The notes under the pieces: generated by a model
Database searches by the model: none
Seen by the model: the letters and a program-made list of their open reading frames with translations, nothing else
What the model was told of the DNA's origin: nothing
Program-made: the position numbers and the translations under genes
Shown: in pieces, positions 15,472 through 24,452 of the stretch
Layout: each line of letters starts with the position of its first letter
Numbering within the stretch: the first letter of the stretch is position 1
Origin: a virus
Lineage: Duplodnaviria; Caudoviricetes
Reading direction: 5' to 3' (one strand)
Virus record (IMG/VR): IMGVR_UViG_3300010381_000011
Span: 1 to 38,258 of that record
Length of the DNA stretch: 38,258 nucleotides

Positions 15472-16931
15472 GCGGTTTACTGTTGCCTTATCAAAACCGC
15501 TGGAACCGCGATGCCACACCGGTAAAGTTCTGCGAAAAATCCAGGCGCATCGGCTTGTCATACGGGGACGCCGCTCAGTCCGCCAAGTTGGCCGGCCTCA
15601 TGAAAAGCGCCGGCGGCACGAATACCTATTACATCTCCTATAACAAGGAAATGACTGAAACCTACATCAAGGACGTGGGTTCCTGGGCCAAGGTGTTCAA
15701 TTTGGCCGCCTCGGATTTCGAAGAAGTGGTCTTGGAGGACGAGTCGGACGTTCTGGCCTACCGCGTTCGGTTCGCTTCGGACAACCAGGTGGTGGCCCTT
15801 TCCGGCAGCCCCAGAAACCTGCGCTCCAAACAGGGGCGCATCGTCATCGACGAGGCGGCCTATTGCGAGGACCTGGAAGAACTTTTGAAGGCGGCCATCG
15901 CCCTGACCATGTGGGGCGGCAGCGTCGAGGTGATTTCGACGCACAACGGCGAGACGAATCCCTTCAACAACTACATCCTCGACATCCGCGCCGGTAAATT
16001 GCCCTACAGCCTGCACCGCATCACCCTGGATGATGCCCTTGGGCAGGGGCTCTATCAGCGCATCTGTCAGGTGCGCGGGCTCGTCTGGACGCCCGAGGCC
16101 GAAGCCAAATGGCGGCAAGAGCTCATCGATTTTTACGGCGACGGCTTGGAGGAAGAGCTTTTCTGCATCCCATCCCAAGGCTCGGGCACCTACCTGACCC
16201 GCCAAATGATCGAATCGTGCATGTCGGCCAACGTCCCCGTTTTGCGCTGGTCGCCGCCGGCGGACGATTTTGTGGACTGGCCCGAGGATCGTCGCTGGCG
16301 CGAGATGCAGGATTGGTTGGAGGCCGAGTTGGGGCCGATCCTGGTCAGCCTTCCCAGGGAAAGCCGATCGTATCTCGGCGAGGACTTCGGCCGCACCGGG
16401 GATTTGAGCGTCCAATGGCCCTTGCTCGAATTGCAGAATCTGATCCTGGCCACGCCGTTTGCGTTGGAATTGCGCAACTGTCCCTTCCACCAGCAGCGCC
16501 AGGCGCTCTTTTACATTTGCGACCGGCTGCCGCGCTTCTCCGGGGCAGCCCTCGATGCGCGCGGCAACGGCCAGTACCTGGCCGAAGTGGCCCGGCAGCA
16601 ATACGGCCCGGAGGTCATCCAGGAGGTCATGCTGTCCGAGTCCTGGTACCGGGAGCACATGCCCAAGCTCAAGGCCGCCTTCGAGGACAAAACCTTCGTC
16701 GCGCCGAAGGATGCTCTCATTTTGGATGATCTGCGCGCCTTCAAGGTCGTCAAGGGCGTGGCCAGAATTCCCGACAAACGCACCGGGGGAAAAAAGGAAA
16801 AGCGCCACGGCGACGCCGGCGTGGCCGCCGCCCTGGCGGTCTTTGCCGCCAAGTGCATCGAGGCCGAGCCTTTCGAGGTCATCACGGCCGCGCCGTACCG
16901 TGCGACAACGCTTTTTCGGGGGTATCGATGA
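15468..16931 (+). CDS. terL: Terminase large subunit (Mu gp28-like)
   Basis: LLPYQ, EKSRRIGLS, IVIDEAA, ISTHNG, GEDFGRTGD, RHGDAGVA. Confidence 0.93.
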   Translation: MSGLLLPYQNRWNRDATPVKFCEKSRRIGLSYGDAAQSAKLAGLMKSAGGTNTYYISYNKEMTETYIKDVGSWAKVFNLAASDFEEVVLEDESDVLAYRVRFASDNQVVALSGSPRNLRSKQGRIVIDEAAYCEDLEELLKAAIALTMWGGSVEVISTHNGETNPFNNYILDIRAGKLPYSLHRITLDDALGQGLYQRICQVRGLVWTPEAEAKWRQELIDFYGDGLEEELFCIPSQGSGTYLTRQMIESCMSANVPVLRWSPPADDFVDWPEDRRWREMQDWLEAELGPILVSLPRESRSYLGEDFGRTGDLSVQWPLLELQNLILATPFALELRNCPFHQQRQALFYICDRLPRFSGAALDARGNGQYLAEVARQQYGPEVIQEVMLSESWYREHMPKLKAAFEDKTFVAPKDALILDDLRAFKVVKGVARIPDKRTGGKKEKRHGDAGVAAALAVFAAKCIEAEPFEVITAAPYRATTLFRGYR

Positions 16932-18463
16932 GCGCCAAAGGCTTGTGGATCAACGGCCGTGATTTTTTGGAGTTTGGCGAGGACAGCGCGTCCTCGGCCT
17001 TGCTCGGCGAGGTGGCCGTGCGCGACTCCTGGGAATCCTTTCTGGGCATCCTCCCGGACCCCGACCCCGTCCTGCGCAAATCCGGCGAGGATGTGCGCGT
17101 CCTGGCTGACTTGTCGGCCGACACGAAGGTCACGTCGTCCATCCAGGGCCGCAAGCTCAAGACACTCAATAAACGGGATTTCCGTTTTGTCCCGGGCCAT
17201 GTCCAGGACGCCGAGCCCACGCCCGAAGCCCAACGCCTGTGCGACGAACTGGTGGCCGACCTGGAGCGGGTCAACCTCTACAATGTCTTTTCCGGTGTGC
17301 TTGATGCGCCGTACTTTGGCTACACCCCCCTTGAGCACCTGTGGCGGCCGGATGGTTCTGGCGGGCTGCGGCTCCAAGACCTGATCGCCAAGCCCTGGGC
17401 CTGGTTCACCTTTGACGGCGGCAACCGCCTGTGCTGGCGCGGTGAAACCGGCGTGACGGCCGTGCCGGTGCATCCGTACAAGTTCACCCTGGTGCAGCAT
17501 TTCCCGACCTACGACAACCCCTACGGCCTGCGGCTGCTCTCCCGGTGCCTGTGGCCTGTGGCCTTCAAACGGGCCGGGACCGAATTCCTCATGCGGTTCG
17601 CCGAAAAATTCGGCCAGCCCTGGATCGTGGGCGAAGCGCGCAATGGCGCACAGGCAGCCGAAAAGCAGGAGATGGCCCGAGCGCTGTCGGGCATGATTCA
17701 CGACGCCGTGGCCGTAGTGTCCGGAGGCAGCAAAGTGACGGTCCACGAGACCACCGGCAAGGCCGGCGACCTGCACCCGGCCATCATCGCCCTGTTCGAC
17801 GGGACTATTGCCCAGCTCCTCCAAGGGCAGACGCTCACCTCCGACATCGGCGATCATGGCAGTTACGCCGCCGCCAACACCCATTACGCGGTGCTCGGGG
17901 ATTACGCCGCCGCCGACCAGACGCTCATTGAGACGGCCATGACCGATCTGGCCTGGACCTATGGCCAGGTTCGGGCGCCAGGCGTGCTGACGCCTGTCTT
18001 CGAGTTCGTAACTCCCGAGGACCGCAAGGCCCAGGCCGACGAGGCCAAATCGCTGTATGACGTCGGGGTCCGCTTCCGGGCGGTCTATTTCGAGCGTCGT
18101 TTCGGCCTGGCTCAAGATGAATTTACCCTGCCCGACGAGGGTGGTCAGGGTGGCTCCGGCGACACCGCCCCGGCCTTTGCCGCCGCGCCGGCCGGTACGG
18201 CCTCGCCGCACACGGCCGCCCAGCAGGCCGTGGAGGATCTGATTGCCCGCAGCCTACCGGCGGGCAAGGCGGCTTTGGAGTCCATGGCCAGCGCGATCCT
18301 GGAGCTGGTGGCCAAGGCCGAGACGCCCGAAGATCTGGAATTGCTCCTGGCCGAAGCCTGCCCGGAACTGGGAGGCGACCTCGAAACAGCCCTGGAAGCC
18401 GGGTTGCTGGCCGCCGATCTGACCGGCCGCTATGCCGTCACCAAGAGGCCTGACGGTGCTTAA
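16928..18463 (+). CDS. Portal protein (Mu gp29/DUF935)
   Basis: DAPYFGY, NPYGLRLLSRCLWPVAFK, FAEKFGQP, GQTLTS..GSYAA..H. Confidence 0.92.
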   Translation: MSAKGLWINGRDFLEFGEDSASSALLGEVAVRDSWESFLGILPDPDPVLRKSGEDVRVLADLSADTKVTSSIQGRKLKTLNKRDFRFVPGHVQDAEPTPEAQRLCDELVADLERVNLYNVFSGVLDAPYFGYTPLEHLWRPDGSGGLRLQDLIAKPWAWFTFDGGNRLCWRGETGVTAVPVHPYKFTLVQHFPTYDNPYGLRLLSRCLWPVAFKRAGTEFLMRFAEKFGQPWIVGEARNGAQAAEKQEMARALSGMIHDAVAVVSGGSKVTVHETTGKAGDLHPAIIALFDGTIAQLLQGQTLTSDIGDHGSYAAANTHYAVLGDYAAADQTLIETAMTDLAWTYGQVRAPGVLTPVFEFVTPEDRKAQADEAKSLYDVGVRFRAVYFERRFGLAQDEFTLPDEGGQGGSGDTAPAFAAAPAGTASPHTAAQQAVEDLIARSLPAGKAALESMASAILELVAKAETPEDLELLLAEACPELGGDLETALEAGLLAADLTGRYAVTKRPDGA

Positions 18464-19748
18464 ACCGCTGGTCGAGTCCAAGCCGCTGCCCCCAAAGGGG
18501 GCCATGGCCTTTTGGGATGGCAAGGTCTCACTCACGAAAAGTGAGTGGAACGCCCTGACGGATGAACAGAAGACCCGGGCGTTTTGCGTGGCCGGGCTGG
18601 CCAAGGGCGATCTGCTGGATGCCGTCCGGACATCCCTGGGGGATGTGCTCAAGGATGGCCAGACGTTCGAGGGCTGGAAAAAGGGCGTGGCCGCCCAAGG
18701 CTTGGCCGGGCTCGGCTTTAGCGACATCCGGCTGGAAACGATCTTTCGCACGAATCTCCAGTCGGCCTATCAGGCCGGCCGGTACGCCCAGATGCGACGG
18801 GTAGCCCAGGATCGGCCATACTGGCGCTACACCGCCGTCAACGATTCCCGCACCCGCCCCACCCACCGGGGCATGCACGGGCTGGTCTATCCCGTGGATC
18901 ACCCGTTTTGGGACACGTACTATCCGCCCAACGGCTACCGCTGCCGCTGCTCAGTGCAGTCCTTGTCCGCCGACCAGGTCAAGGCCCGGGGCTACGAAGT
19001 GCAGACCGCGATCCCGGAAATGGTCACCTACAAGGACCCGACCACGGGCTTTGAAACCGAGACGCCGCTGCATCCGGACCAGGGCTTTGCCGGCAACGTG
19101 GGCAAGGACTGGTTTGCCGGGCTGGCGCCCGAGGAGCTGGACGCGGTTATTCGGCCGCTGGCCACCCGGGCCGTGTGCCGGGATGGTGGCGGCCCGGCCT
19201 TTGCCGCCAGCGGAGACGCCTGCCGGCCGCCCCTGGCCAGCCTCGACGCCAAGCACGTGCTGCCCGTGGCCGGGGGGGACATCCTCAAGAAGGGGCTGGC
19301 GCCCGAGGACTACGTCAAGGCGTTCCTGGGAGAGTTTGGGCTGCCGGGCCTGGATACTTCGAAGGTCATCACGCTGCCCGGCGTCAAACTGCCGGTGGTC
19401 ATCGGCAAGGGCTTTTTTATCGACAGACGCTCAGGGGCGTGGAAGGTCGATAAATCGGGCCGGGCTCCCTTTGTCCGGCTGTTGGCCAGGACGCTGCAAG
19501 ACCCTTACGAAATCTGGAATGTACCGGTCGAAATCAACGGCAAGCGTTCGCCCGAGCTGCGTTTGATCCGGCTTTTTGCCGGCCCGTCCGGCCGCATTGG
19601 CGGCTATGTCGTCTTTTCGCTACTGCGGGGGCGGCGGGCCTGGACGGCGACCACGGCCTACACGCCTAAAATCGAGGTCAACGAAACCGTCATGTTGCGG
19701 TATCTGGAAGAGCACCGGGTGGGGACGCTGTTGTATCGGGAACCGTGA
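18456..19748 (+). CDS. MuF (gp30) minor head protein with C-terminal PBECR2-like nuclease domain
   Basis: RLETIFRTN, DSRTRPTH, YPPNGYRCRC (MuF); C-terminus LLARTLQDPYEIW...YLEEHRVGTLLYRE resembles PBECR2; GTG 18456 after AAGAGG (ATG 18432 is an alternative). Confidence 0.85.
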   Translation: MLKPLVESKPLPPKGAMAFWDGKVSLTKSEWNALTDEQKTRAFCVAGLAKGDLLDAVRTSLGDVLKDGQTFEGWKKGVAAQGLAGLGFSDIRLETIFRTNLQSAYQAGRYAQMRRVAQDRPYWRYTAVNDSRTRPTHRGMHGLVYPVDHPFWDTYYPPNGYRCRCSVQSLSADQVKARGYEVQTAIPEMVTYKDPTTGFETETPLHPDQGFAGNVGKDWFAGLAPEELDAVIRPLATRAVCRDGGGPAFAASGDACRPPLASLDAKHVLPVAGGDILKKGLAPEDYVKAFLGEFGLPGLDTSKVITLPGVKLPVVIGKGFFIDRRSGAWKVDKSGRAPFVRLLARTLQDPYEIWNVPVEINGKRSPELRLIRLFAGPSGRIGGYVVFSLLRGRRAWTATTAYTPKIEVNETVMLRYLEEHRVGTLLYREP

Positions 19749-19856
19749 AAAGTGTCGCGGGCACTCCTGAGTGGCAGGCCCCAGGAGCGAACGGCCGCCT
19801 CCCAATCCCCCTGCCGGGGCGACTGACGCCGTCCATCCCCGCGATGCCGAGGCATC
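19748..19856 (-). ncRNA. Candidate antisense structured RNA convergent on muF
   Basis: Three-way junction with G-U pairs on the minus strand, complementary loops GGCAGG/CCUGCC, 3' U-run, upstream TTGACC plus (TA)n. Confidence 0.55.
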
Positions 19857-19895
19857 ATATATATATAGCCCAGTCGGCCGGGGTCAAGCGCCGAT

Positions 19896-20000
19896 TAGAC
19901 CTCTCCTAGACCTACCCGCGTCCACCGTCTCCTCGCGGTCTTCCCCGGTCACGACATGCACCGCGCGGGCTCCCACGAATCTTAGACCTAAATTAGACCT
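19896..20000. repeat. Two pairs of TAGACCT with 11-bp period
   Basis: Copies at 19896, 19907, 19983 and 19994. Confidence 0.7.
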
Positions 20001-20001
20001 A

Positions 20002-20129
20002 GGATTATACCGGGATTATCCTACCTCTCCCCCCAAACGCGACCCGATGCAGGGATGGGGCTCGAAAACCGCGCACGCCTCGCGTCACCGCATGGTCGCT
20101 TCCGATCCCCTCGGGGCATAGTCGCTTCC
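20002..20129 (+). promoter_or_regulatory. Candidate late promoter of the head/tail operon (PI-like)
   Basis: GGATTA twice, CGCACGCCTCGCGTC 20072-20086, -10-like CATAGT 20117-20122. Confidence 0.55.
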
Positions 20130-21029
20130 ATGAACGAGCCCTGGAACGAAATCGCCCGCGCCGGCACCTGGACCGCCATGTCCGGCCAGGCCGTGACCCT
20201 GACCGAGGGTGACCTTGCCCGGATCGTGGCCGGCTTTTCCGCCGAAGACCCCGACGGTGCTCCTTTGGTTTTCGGTCATCCGTCCATCGACGCCCCGGCA
20301 TACGGCTGGGTCGCCGGCCTGCGCCGCGATGGGGACCGGCTCTTGGCCGCCTTCCGCGATGTGCCCGAGGCGGTCAAATCCCTGGTCTCTGCCGGCCGGT
20401 ATCGCAACGTCTCGGTCAAGCTGTCGCCGGACAAGAGCAAGCTGATCCACGTGGGGCTGCTGGGGGCCGTGCCCCCGGCCATCCCCGGCTTGGCACCGGT
20501 CAAGTTCGCGGATGGGGACGGGCTCACCATCGAATTTTCAGGAGGAGACATGACCGAACTGGAGAGGTTGCAGGCTGAAAACGCCTCGCTCAAGTCCCGG
20601 TTGGCCAACGGCGAAAGCGCGGCCCGGGTCAAGGAATTGGAAGCCGACGTGGCCACGGCCAAGGATGCCAAGGCCAAGGCCGAGGCCAAGGCGGCCGAGA
20701 CCGAAAAGGCCTTTGCCACCCACCGGGCGGCCGAGGCCGACAAAGCCCGGGAGGTTCGGTTCGACGCGCTGGTCAAGGCCGACAAGGCCACGCCCGGCGA
20801 AAAGGCGTCGGTGCTGGCCTTTGCCAGGACACTGAGCACGGCGACCGGCGAAATCGAGTTCGCCGCTCCCGACGGGCAGCCCGCCAAAGTCTCCCAGGAG
20901 GAGGCCTATTGGCGTGGCCTGGAGGCCCGGCAGCCCCAGGGCTTGCTTCACGAGTTCGCCGCGCCGGGCGTCGACCAGAAATCCCCGACGCCCGGAACCA
21001 TCCCGGCCGACCTGACCAAGTACATGTAA
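20130..21029 (+). CDS. Head maturation protease (Mu gpI-like) with C-terminal scaffold
   Basis: EIARAGTW, PLVFGHP..APAYGWV, GRYRNVS, HVGLLGAVPPAIPGL. Confidence 0.9.
   Translation: MNEPWNEIARAGTWTAMSGQAVTLTEGDLARIVAGFSAEDPDGAPLVFGHPSIDAPAYGWVAGLRRDGDRLLAAFRDVPEAVKSLVSAGRYRNVSVKLSPDKSKLIHVGLLGAVPPAIPGLAPVKFADGDGLTIEFSGGDMTELERLQAENASLKSRLANGESAARVKELEADVATAKDAKAKAEAKAAETEKAFATHRAAEADKAREVRFDALVKADKATPGEKASVLAFARTLSTATGEIEFAAPDGQPAKVSQEEAYWRGLEARQPQGLLHEFAAPGVDQKSPTPGTIPADLTKYM
20550..21029 (+). CDS. Scaffolding protein from an internal in-frame start (Mu gpZ-like)
   Basis: Strong SD AGGAGG then in-frame ATG 20550; Ala/Lys/Glu coiled coil. Confidence 0.65.
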   Translation: MTELERLQAENASLKSRLANGESAARVKELEADVATAKDAKAKAEAKAAETEKAFATHRAAEADKAREVRFDALVKADKATPGEKASVLAFARTLSTATGEIEFAAPDGQPAKVSQEEAYWRGLEARQPQGLLHEFAAPGVDQKSPTPGTIPADLTKYM

Positions 21030-21038
21030 GGAGCGGAA

Positions 21039-21626
21039 ATGAAAGCTCGATTTGGAACGTTTGCGTACGACGATCAGCGCGCCCGTGGGGGCGGCCATCC
21101 GCCGGTCCTCGTGTCCCGCGCCCTGGCCGCCGATCTGGGTGAGCTGCCGGCCGGGCTGCTCCTGGCCAAGGGCGCCGCCGGCGCCGTGCCCTACGTGGAG
21201 GTCGCGGCCGAAGTGGTCGGAGCCGGGAATGGGGCGCTCAAAGACTTCTCCGGCACGCTGGTCAATGCTCCGGTGCTTCCCGGCTCCGTGGCTATCTCCG
21301 ACGGCGTCGAGGCATTTGCCGACGACGGCAGCGGCCGGCTGGTCGGCAGCGCCGGTGGTGTCGGGGCCGTTCATTACGGCACCGGCGCAGTGAGTGTCGC
21401 GTTTGAGGCCGCTGTGGCCAACGGGACCAACGTCACGGCCGCCTACGCCAACCACCTCGACGGCGTACTGGATGAGCCGGCGGACACGGACGTGTCCAGC
21501 TCCGGCCTGGTCGTGATCCACGGATCGGTGCGGGGCGACGTGCTCAAAGTCGGCGCGACGGCCCAGGCGTCCCCGTCCGCCGCCACCCTGGCCCGGCTGC
21601 AAGCGGCCGGCATCTTCGCCGATTAG
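21039..21626 (+). CDS. Head decoration-like protein
   Basis: Between scaffold and capsid; ends ..LQAAGIF; Gly/Ala/Val-rich central insert. Confidence 0.65.
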   Translation: MKARFGTFAYDDQRARGGGHPPVLVSRALAADLGELPAGLLLAKGAAGAVPYVEVAAEVVGAGNGALKDFSGTLVNAPVLPGSVAISDGVEAFADDGSGRLVGSAGGVGAVHYGTGAVSVAFEAAVANGTNVTAAYANHLDGVLDEPADTDVSSSGLVVIHGSVRGDVLKVGATAQASPSAATLARLQAAGIFAD

Positions 21627-21635
21627 GGAGCAACC

Positions 21636-22613
21636 ATGATCAATTTACGAGGGCTTTTCACGCGGGATGCCATCATCCGCTATATCACCTCCCTGCCGGT
21701 GCTCAAATCGCCGTGCATGGACATCATCTATATGGATCGGCCGCAGCATGGCCTGCCGGTGCTTGGCGCCGACGACGTGGGCCAGGTGGCCCAGCCGCTG
21801 CCCGTGATCCGGCGGGGCGCGCCGTCCATCCCGGCCGTTTCCGAATCGGGCGTGATCGCCACCTTCGAACCCATGCCGATCCGGACCCACAAGATGGTGA
21901 CCGGCGCGGACCTGCTCAATCTGCAAATGCTCACCGGCGACGGGCAAAACGCCTGGGCACAGCAAAAGACCGACCTGCTGCGCCGTGGTGTGCGCCTGAC
22001 CACCGAGGCGCTGTGCGCCCTGTCCCTGGGGGGAACCTATTCCTGGCCCATGGCCCTCGAAAACGGCGGGTTCGAGGCCTACGTTGTCGAGTTCGGCGAT
22101 GTCCTTTCCGTGGTGCCGGAGGAGACCTGGGACGCCGATGGCGTCAAGCTCAAAGACGTGTTCGAGCTGCTTTCGAACATGCAGGAAGCCATCCAGGACA
22201 ACGGATATGGCGGCACCGTGGAGGTCTGGGCCGGCCGCAAGGCTTACGGCGCGCTCTTCGCCATCGCCGAAGCCACGACCTCAACGGCCAAGTTGCAAGT
22301 CGAGATCACCGGGGCCGGCATCAACGTGGGCGGGTTCCTGGTCAAGCGTCGCTCCGAGCGGCTGCGCAATCCTCAGACCAAGGCCATGGTGCCTGTGGTG
22401 GCGGACAAGGTGGTCAAGATGATCGCCACCGACGCCGGTCACAAGCTGCCGTACTGCGCCCTGGACGATCTGGACGCCAAGCTCCAGCCCATGCCGTTTT
22501 TCGTCAAGCCCATCAAAAAAGACGACCCCAGCGGCTACAAGCTGGTGGCCGAGTCCAAGCCGTTTCCGGTGCCCAACATCAAGGGCATCTGCGACGCCAC
22601 GGTGGTGGCCTAA
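21636..22613 (+). CDS. Major capsid protein (phage E family-like)
   Basis: 325 aa; position; TTEALCALSLGG and DDPSGYKLVAESKPFPVP. Confidence 0.85.
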   Translation: MINLRGLFTRDAIIRYITSLPVLKSPCMDIIYMDRPQHGLPVLGADDVGQVAQPLPVIRRGAPSIPAVSESGVIATFEPMPIRTHKMVTGADLLNLQMLTGDGQNAWAQQKTDLLRRGVRLTTEALCALSLGGTYSWPMALENGGFEAYVVEFGDVLSVVPEETWDADGVKLKDVFELLSNMQEAIQDNGYGGTVEVWAGRKAYGALFAIAEATTSTAKLQVEITGAGINVGGFLVKRRSERLRNPQTKAMVPVVADKVVKMIATDAGHKLPYCALDDLDAKLQPMPFFVKPIKKDDPSGYKLVAESKPFPVPNIKGICDATVVA

Positions 22614-22625
22614 GGACCTCCGGCC

Positions 22626-23060
22626 ATGAGCGCCTATTGCACCACGGATGACCTCGAAAGCTACGTGCTGCCGGCCTACTTGACCTCGGCCGAGGGATTG
22701 CGCCCCGGCATCCGTGCCAGGCACATCGGGCAAGTTTCGGCCGAGATCGATGACGCGCTGGCTCCGCTCTATCAGGTACCGCTGTCTCCGATTCCGGCAA
22801 CGGTCAACCGCGTGTGCGCCGTGCTGGCCGCCTACCGGGTGATCGGCGAAATCACCACCATCGTCACCGAGGACGGCACCACCAAGAACGAGTGGATTCC
22901 CCTGCAAGGGCTCGAAAAGCAGGCGCGGACCGACCTGGATGCCATGCGCGCGGGCAAATCCGGCTACGGCCTGGACGGCTACGAACTGGTCGACCGGGCC
23001 GTGATCGTGAAAAGTGGCCGGCCCATCTTCGGCGACCGGTTCTGGCGGGAGCGGTACTGA
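22626..23060 (+). CDS. Head-tail connector (Mu gp36/DUF1320-like)
   Basis: MSAYCTTDDL, SAEIDDALAPLYQVPL. Confidence 0.85.
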   Translation: MSAYCTTDDLESYVLPAYLTSAEGLRPGIRARHIGQVSAEIDDALAPLYQVPLSPIPATVNRVCAVLAAYRVIGEITTIVTEDGTTKNEWIPLQGLEKQARTDLDAMRAGKSGYGLDGYELVDRAVIVKSGRPIFGDRFWRERY

Positions 23061-23515
23061 TGGCCGGCACCAGCTTCATGATGAACCTTGGGCCGATCAT
23101 GGCGGCCATGGGCACGGCCATCGGCGAGGTAGCCGACACCCAGCGGCTGGCCGAGAACATCGGCGAAGCCCTTGTGTCCGGCACCCATGACCGGTTCGAG
23201 GCCGGCAAGGCCCCGGACGGCAGCGATTGGGCACCCAACAAGCGCGGCGGCCAGCCCCTGGTGGATACCGGGCGTCTTAAAAACTCCATCGGCTACGAGG
23301 CGTCGCCGGAAATGGTCGTGGTCGGCACGGCCGACGTTCGGGCCGGCACACACCAGTTCGGCGCGCCCAAGGGCTCCTACGGCACCAGCAAGCGCGGCGG
23401 CCCTGTGCCCTGGGGCGACATCCCGAAGCGGGCGTTCATCGGTATCTCGGAAGCGGACGAGCAGGAGGCCCAGGCCTGCATGGTGCGCCATGTCGGCCGG
23501 GCCTTTGGCAAGTGA
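23060..23515 (+). CDS. Virion morphogenesis/tail completion protein (Mu gpG, P2 S family)
   Basis: RFEAGKAPDGSDW, LVDTGRLKNSI, HQFG, IPKRAFIGIS. Confidence 0.9.
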   Translation: MAGTSFMMNLGPIMAAMGTAIGEVADTQRLAENIGEALVSGTHDRFEAGKAPDGSDWAPNKRGGQPLVDTGRLKNSIGYEASPEMVVVGTADVRAGTHQFGAPKGSYGTSKRGGPVPWGDIPKRAFIGISEADEQEAQACMVRHVGRAFGK

Positions 23516-23533
23516 GCGCGGGTATCAGGCAAA

Positions 23534-24082
23534 ATGAGATCGCTTGCGGAGTCCATCATCACCACGGCGGCCGTGGCCGCCGGCGTGCCGGAGGCCAATG
23601 TCATGGCCGAGCCGGACAAGCAGCGCACGGCCATCATGCCCAAGCCGCGCCTGGAAATCGCCTGGCTGCCCGAGGAGCTGACGCGCGACCGCCGGCGCCT
23701 GGCCCGGCTGCCCCGGCCGGCCGCCAAGGAAGAGGACACGCATTGCCGCATGCGCTGGGTGGTCTACCGCCGCACGTTGCGCGGCCGGCTGACGCTCCGC
23801 ACCGAGGACGGCGACAGCCTGGAGACCATGAGCCTGGCGTTTCTGCTGGCCCTGCCCAAGCAGATGCCCGACGCGGATGGCAACCTGGTCACCATCAAGG
23901 CGGATAAGGCGGCCCTGGGCGGTTTCTTGACCCGCATCGCCGAGCCGCTGCCGGAAAGGTCCTGTGCCATCCACGTGGCCTTTGCCGGCTACCTCTGCCG
24001 GGATGAGTCCAAACCCTGGATCAAGGAAGTGCATTTCCAAGACCCGGTAACATTTAAAGGAGTTCCTGATGGCGGAGAGTGA
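23534..24082 (+). CDS. Putative tail terminator/neck protein
   Basis: Position between neck and sheath genes; 182 aa; codon usage consistent with the operon. Confidence 0.6.
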   Translation: MRSLAESIITTAAVAAGVPEANVMAEPDKQRTAIMPKPRLEIAWLPEELTRDRRRLARLPRPAAKEEDTHCRMRWVVYRRTLRGRLTLRTEDGDSLETMSLAFLLALPKQMPDADGNLVTIKADKAALGGFLTRIAEPLPERSCAIHVAFAGYLCRDESKPWIKEVHFQDPVTFKGVPDGGE

Positions 24083-24449
24083 ACAACAAGTCATCGATGC
24101 CGCAGACGTGGGCGATATCTCGTCAATTATGGGCGATTCCGACGCAGCCACGACCGAAACGGCCGCCACGGCGGCCACGGACGAAACCGAAACCGCCAGC
24201 ACGGCCACAACCGCGACCGAGGGGGCGACCATGACCGAGACCACCGTGACCAGCCAGACCGCCAGCACGGCCACGGCCGAAGCGGACGAACTGGTCGACG
24301 TCGAGACCTTGGGCAAGGACCTGCCGGCCTGGAAACTGGCCGGCGTCATGCGCCACAACCGCTGGGCCAGCGGTAAGGCGCTCACCAAGACCGCGTTTGA
24401 GGCCGCCGTGGCCACCTTCGAGGGCCGGCCGCTGGGCGGCGGGAGGTAA
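24069..24449 (+). CDS. Hypothetical protein with Thr/Ala-rich region
   Basis: SD AAGGAG; C-terminal PAWKLAGVMRHNRWASGK segment. Confidence 0.7.
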   Translation: MAESEQQVIDAADVGDISSIMGDSDAATTETAATAATDETETASTATTATEGATMTETTVTSQTASTATAEADELVDVETLGKDLPAWKLAGVMRHNRWASGKALTKTAFEAAVATFEGRPLGGGR

Positions 24450-24452
24450 CAC

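Noticed and set aside
19771-20121. 116-aa ORF after muF as an immunity protein
   Set aside because: GTG start without SD, Pro/Arg-rich non-globular composition, and it crosses the repeats and promoter motifs; not fully excluded without ribosome profiling
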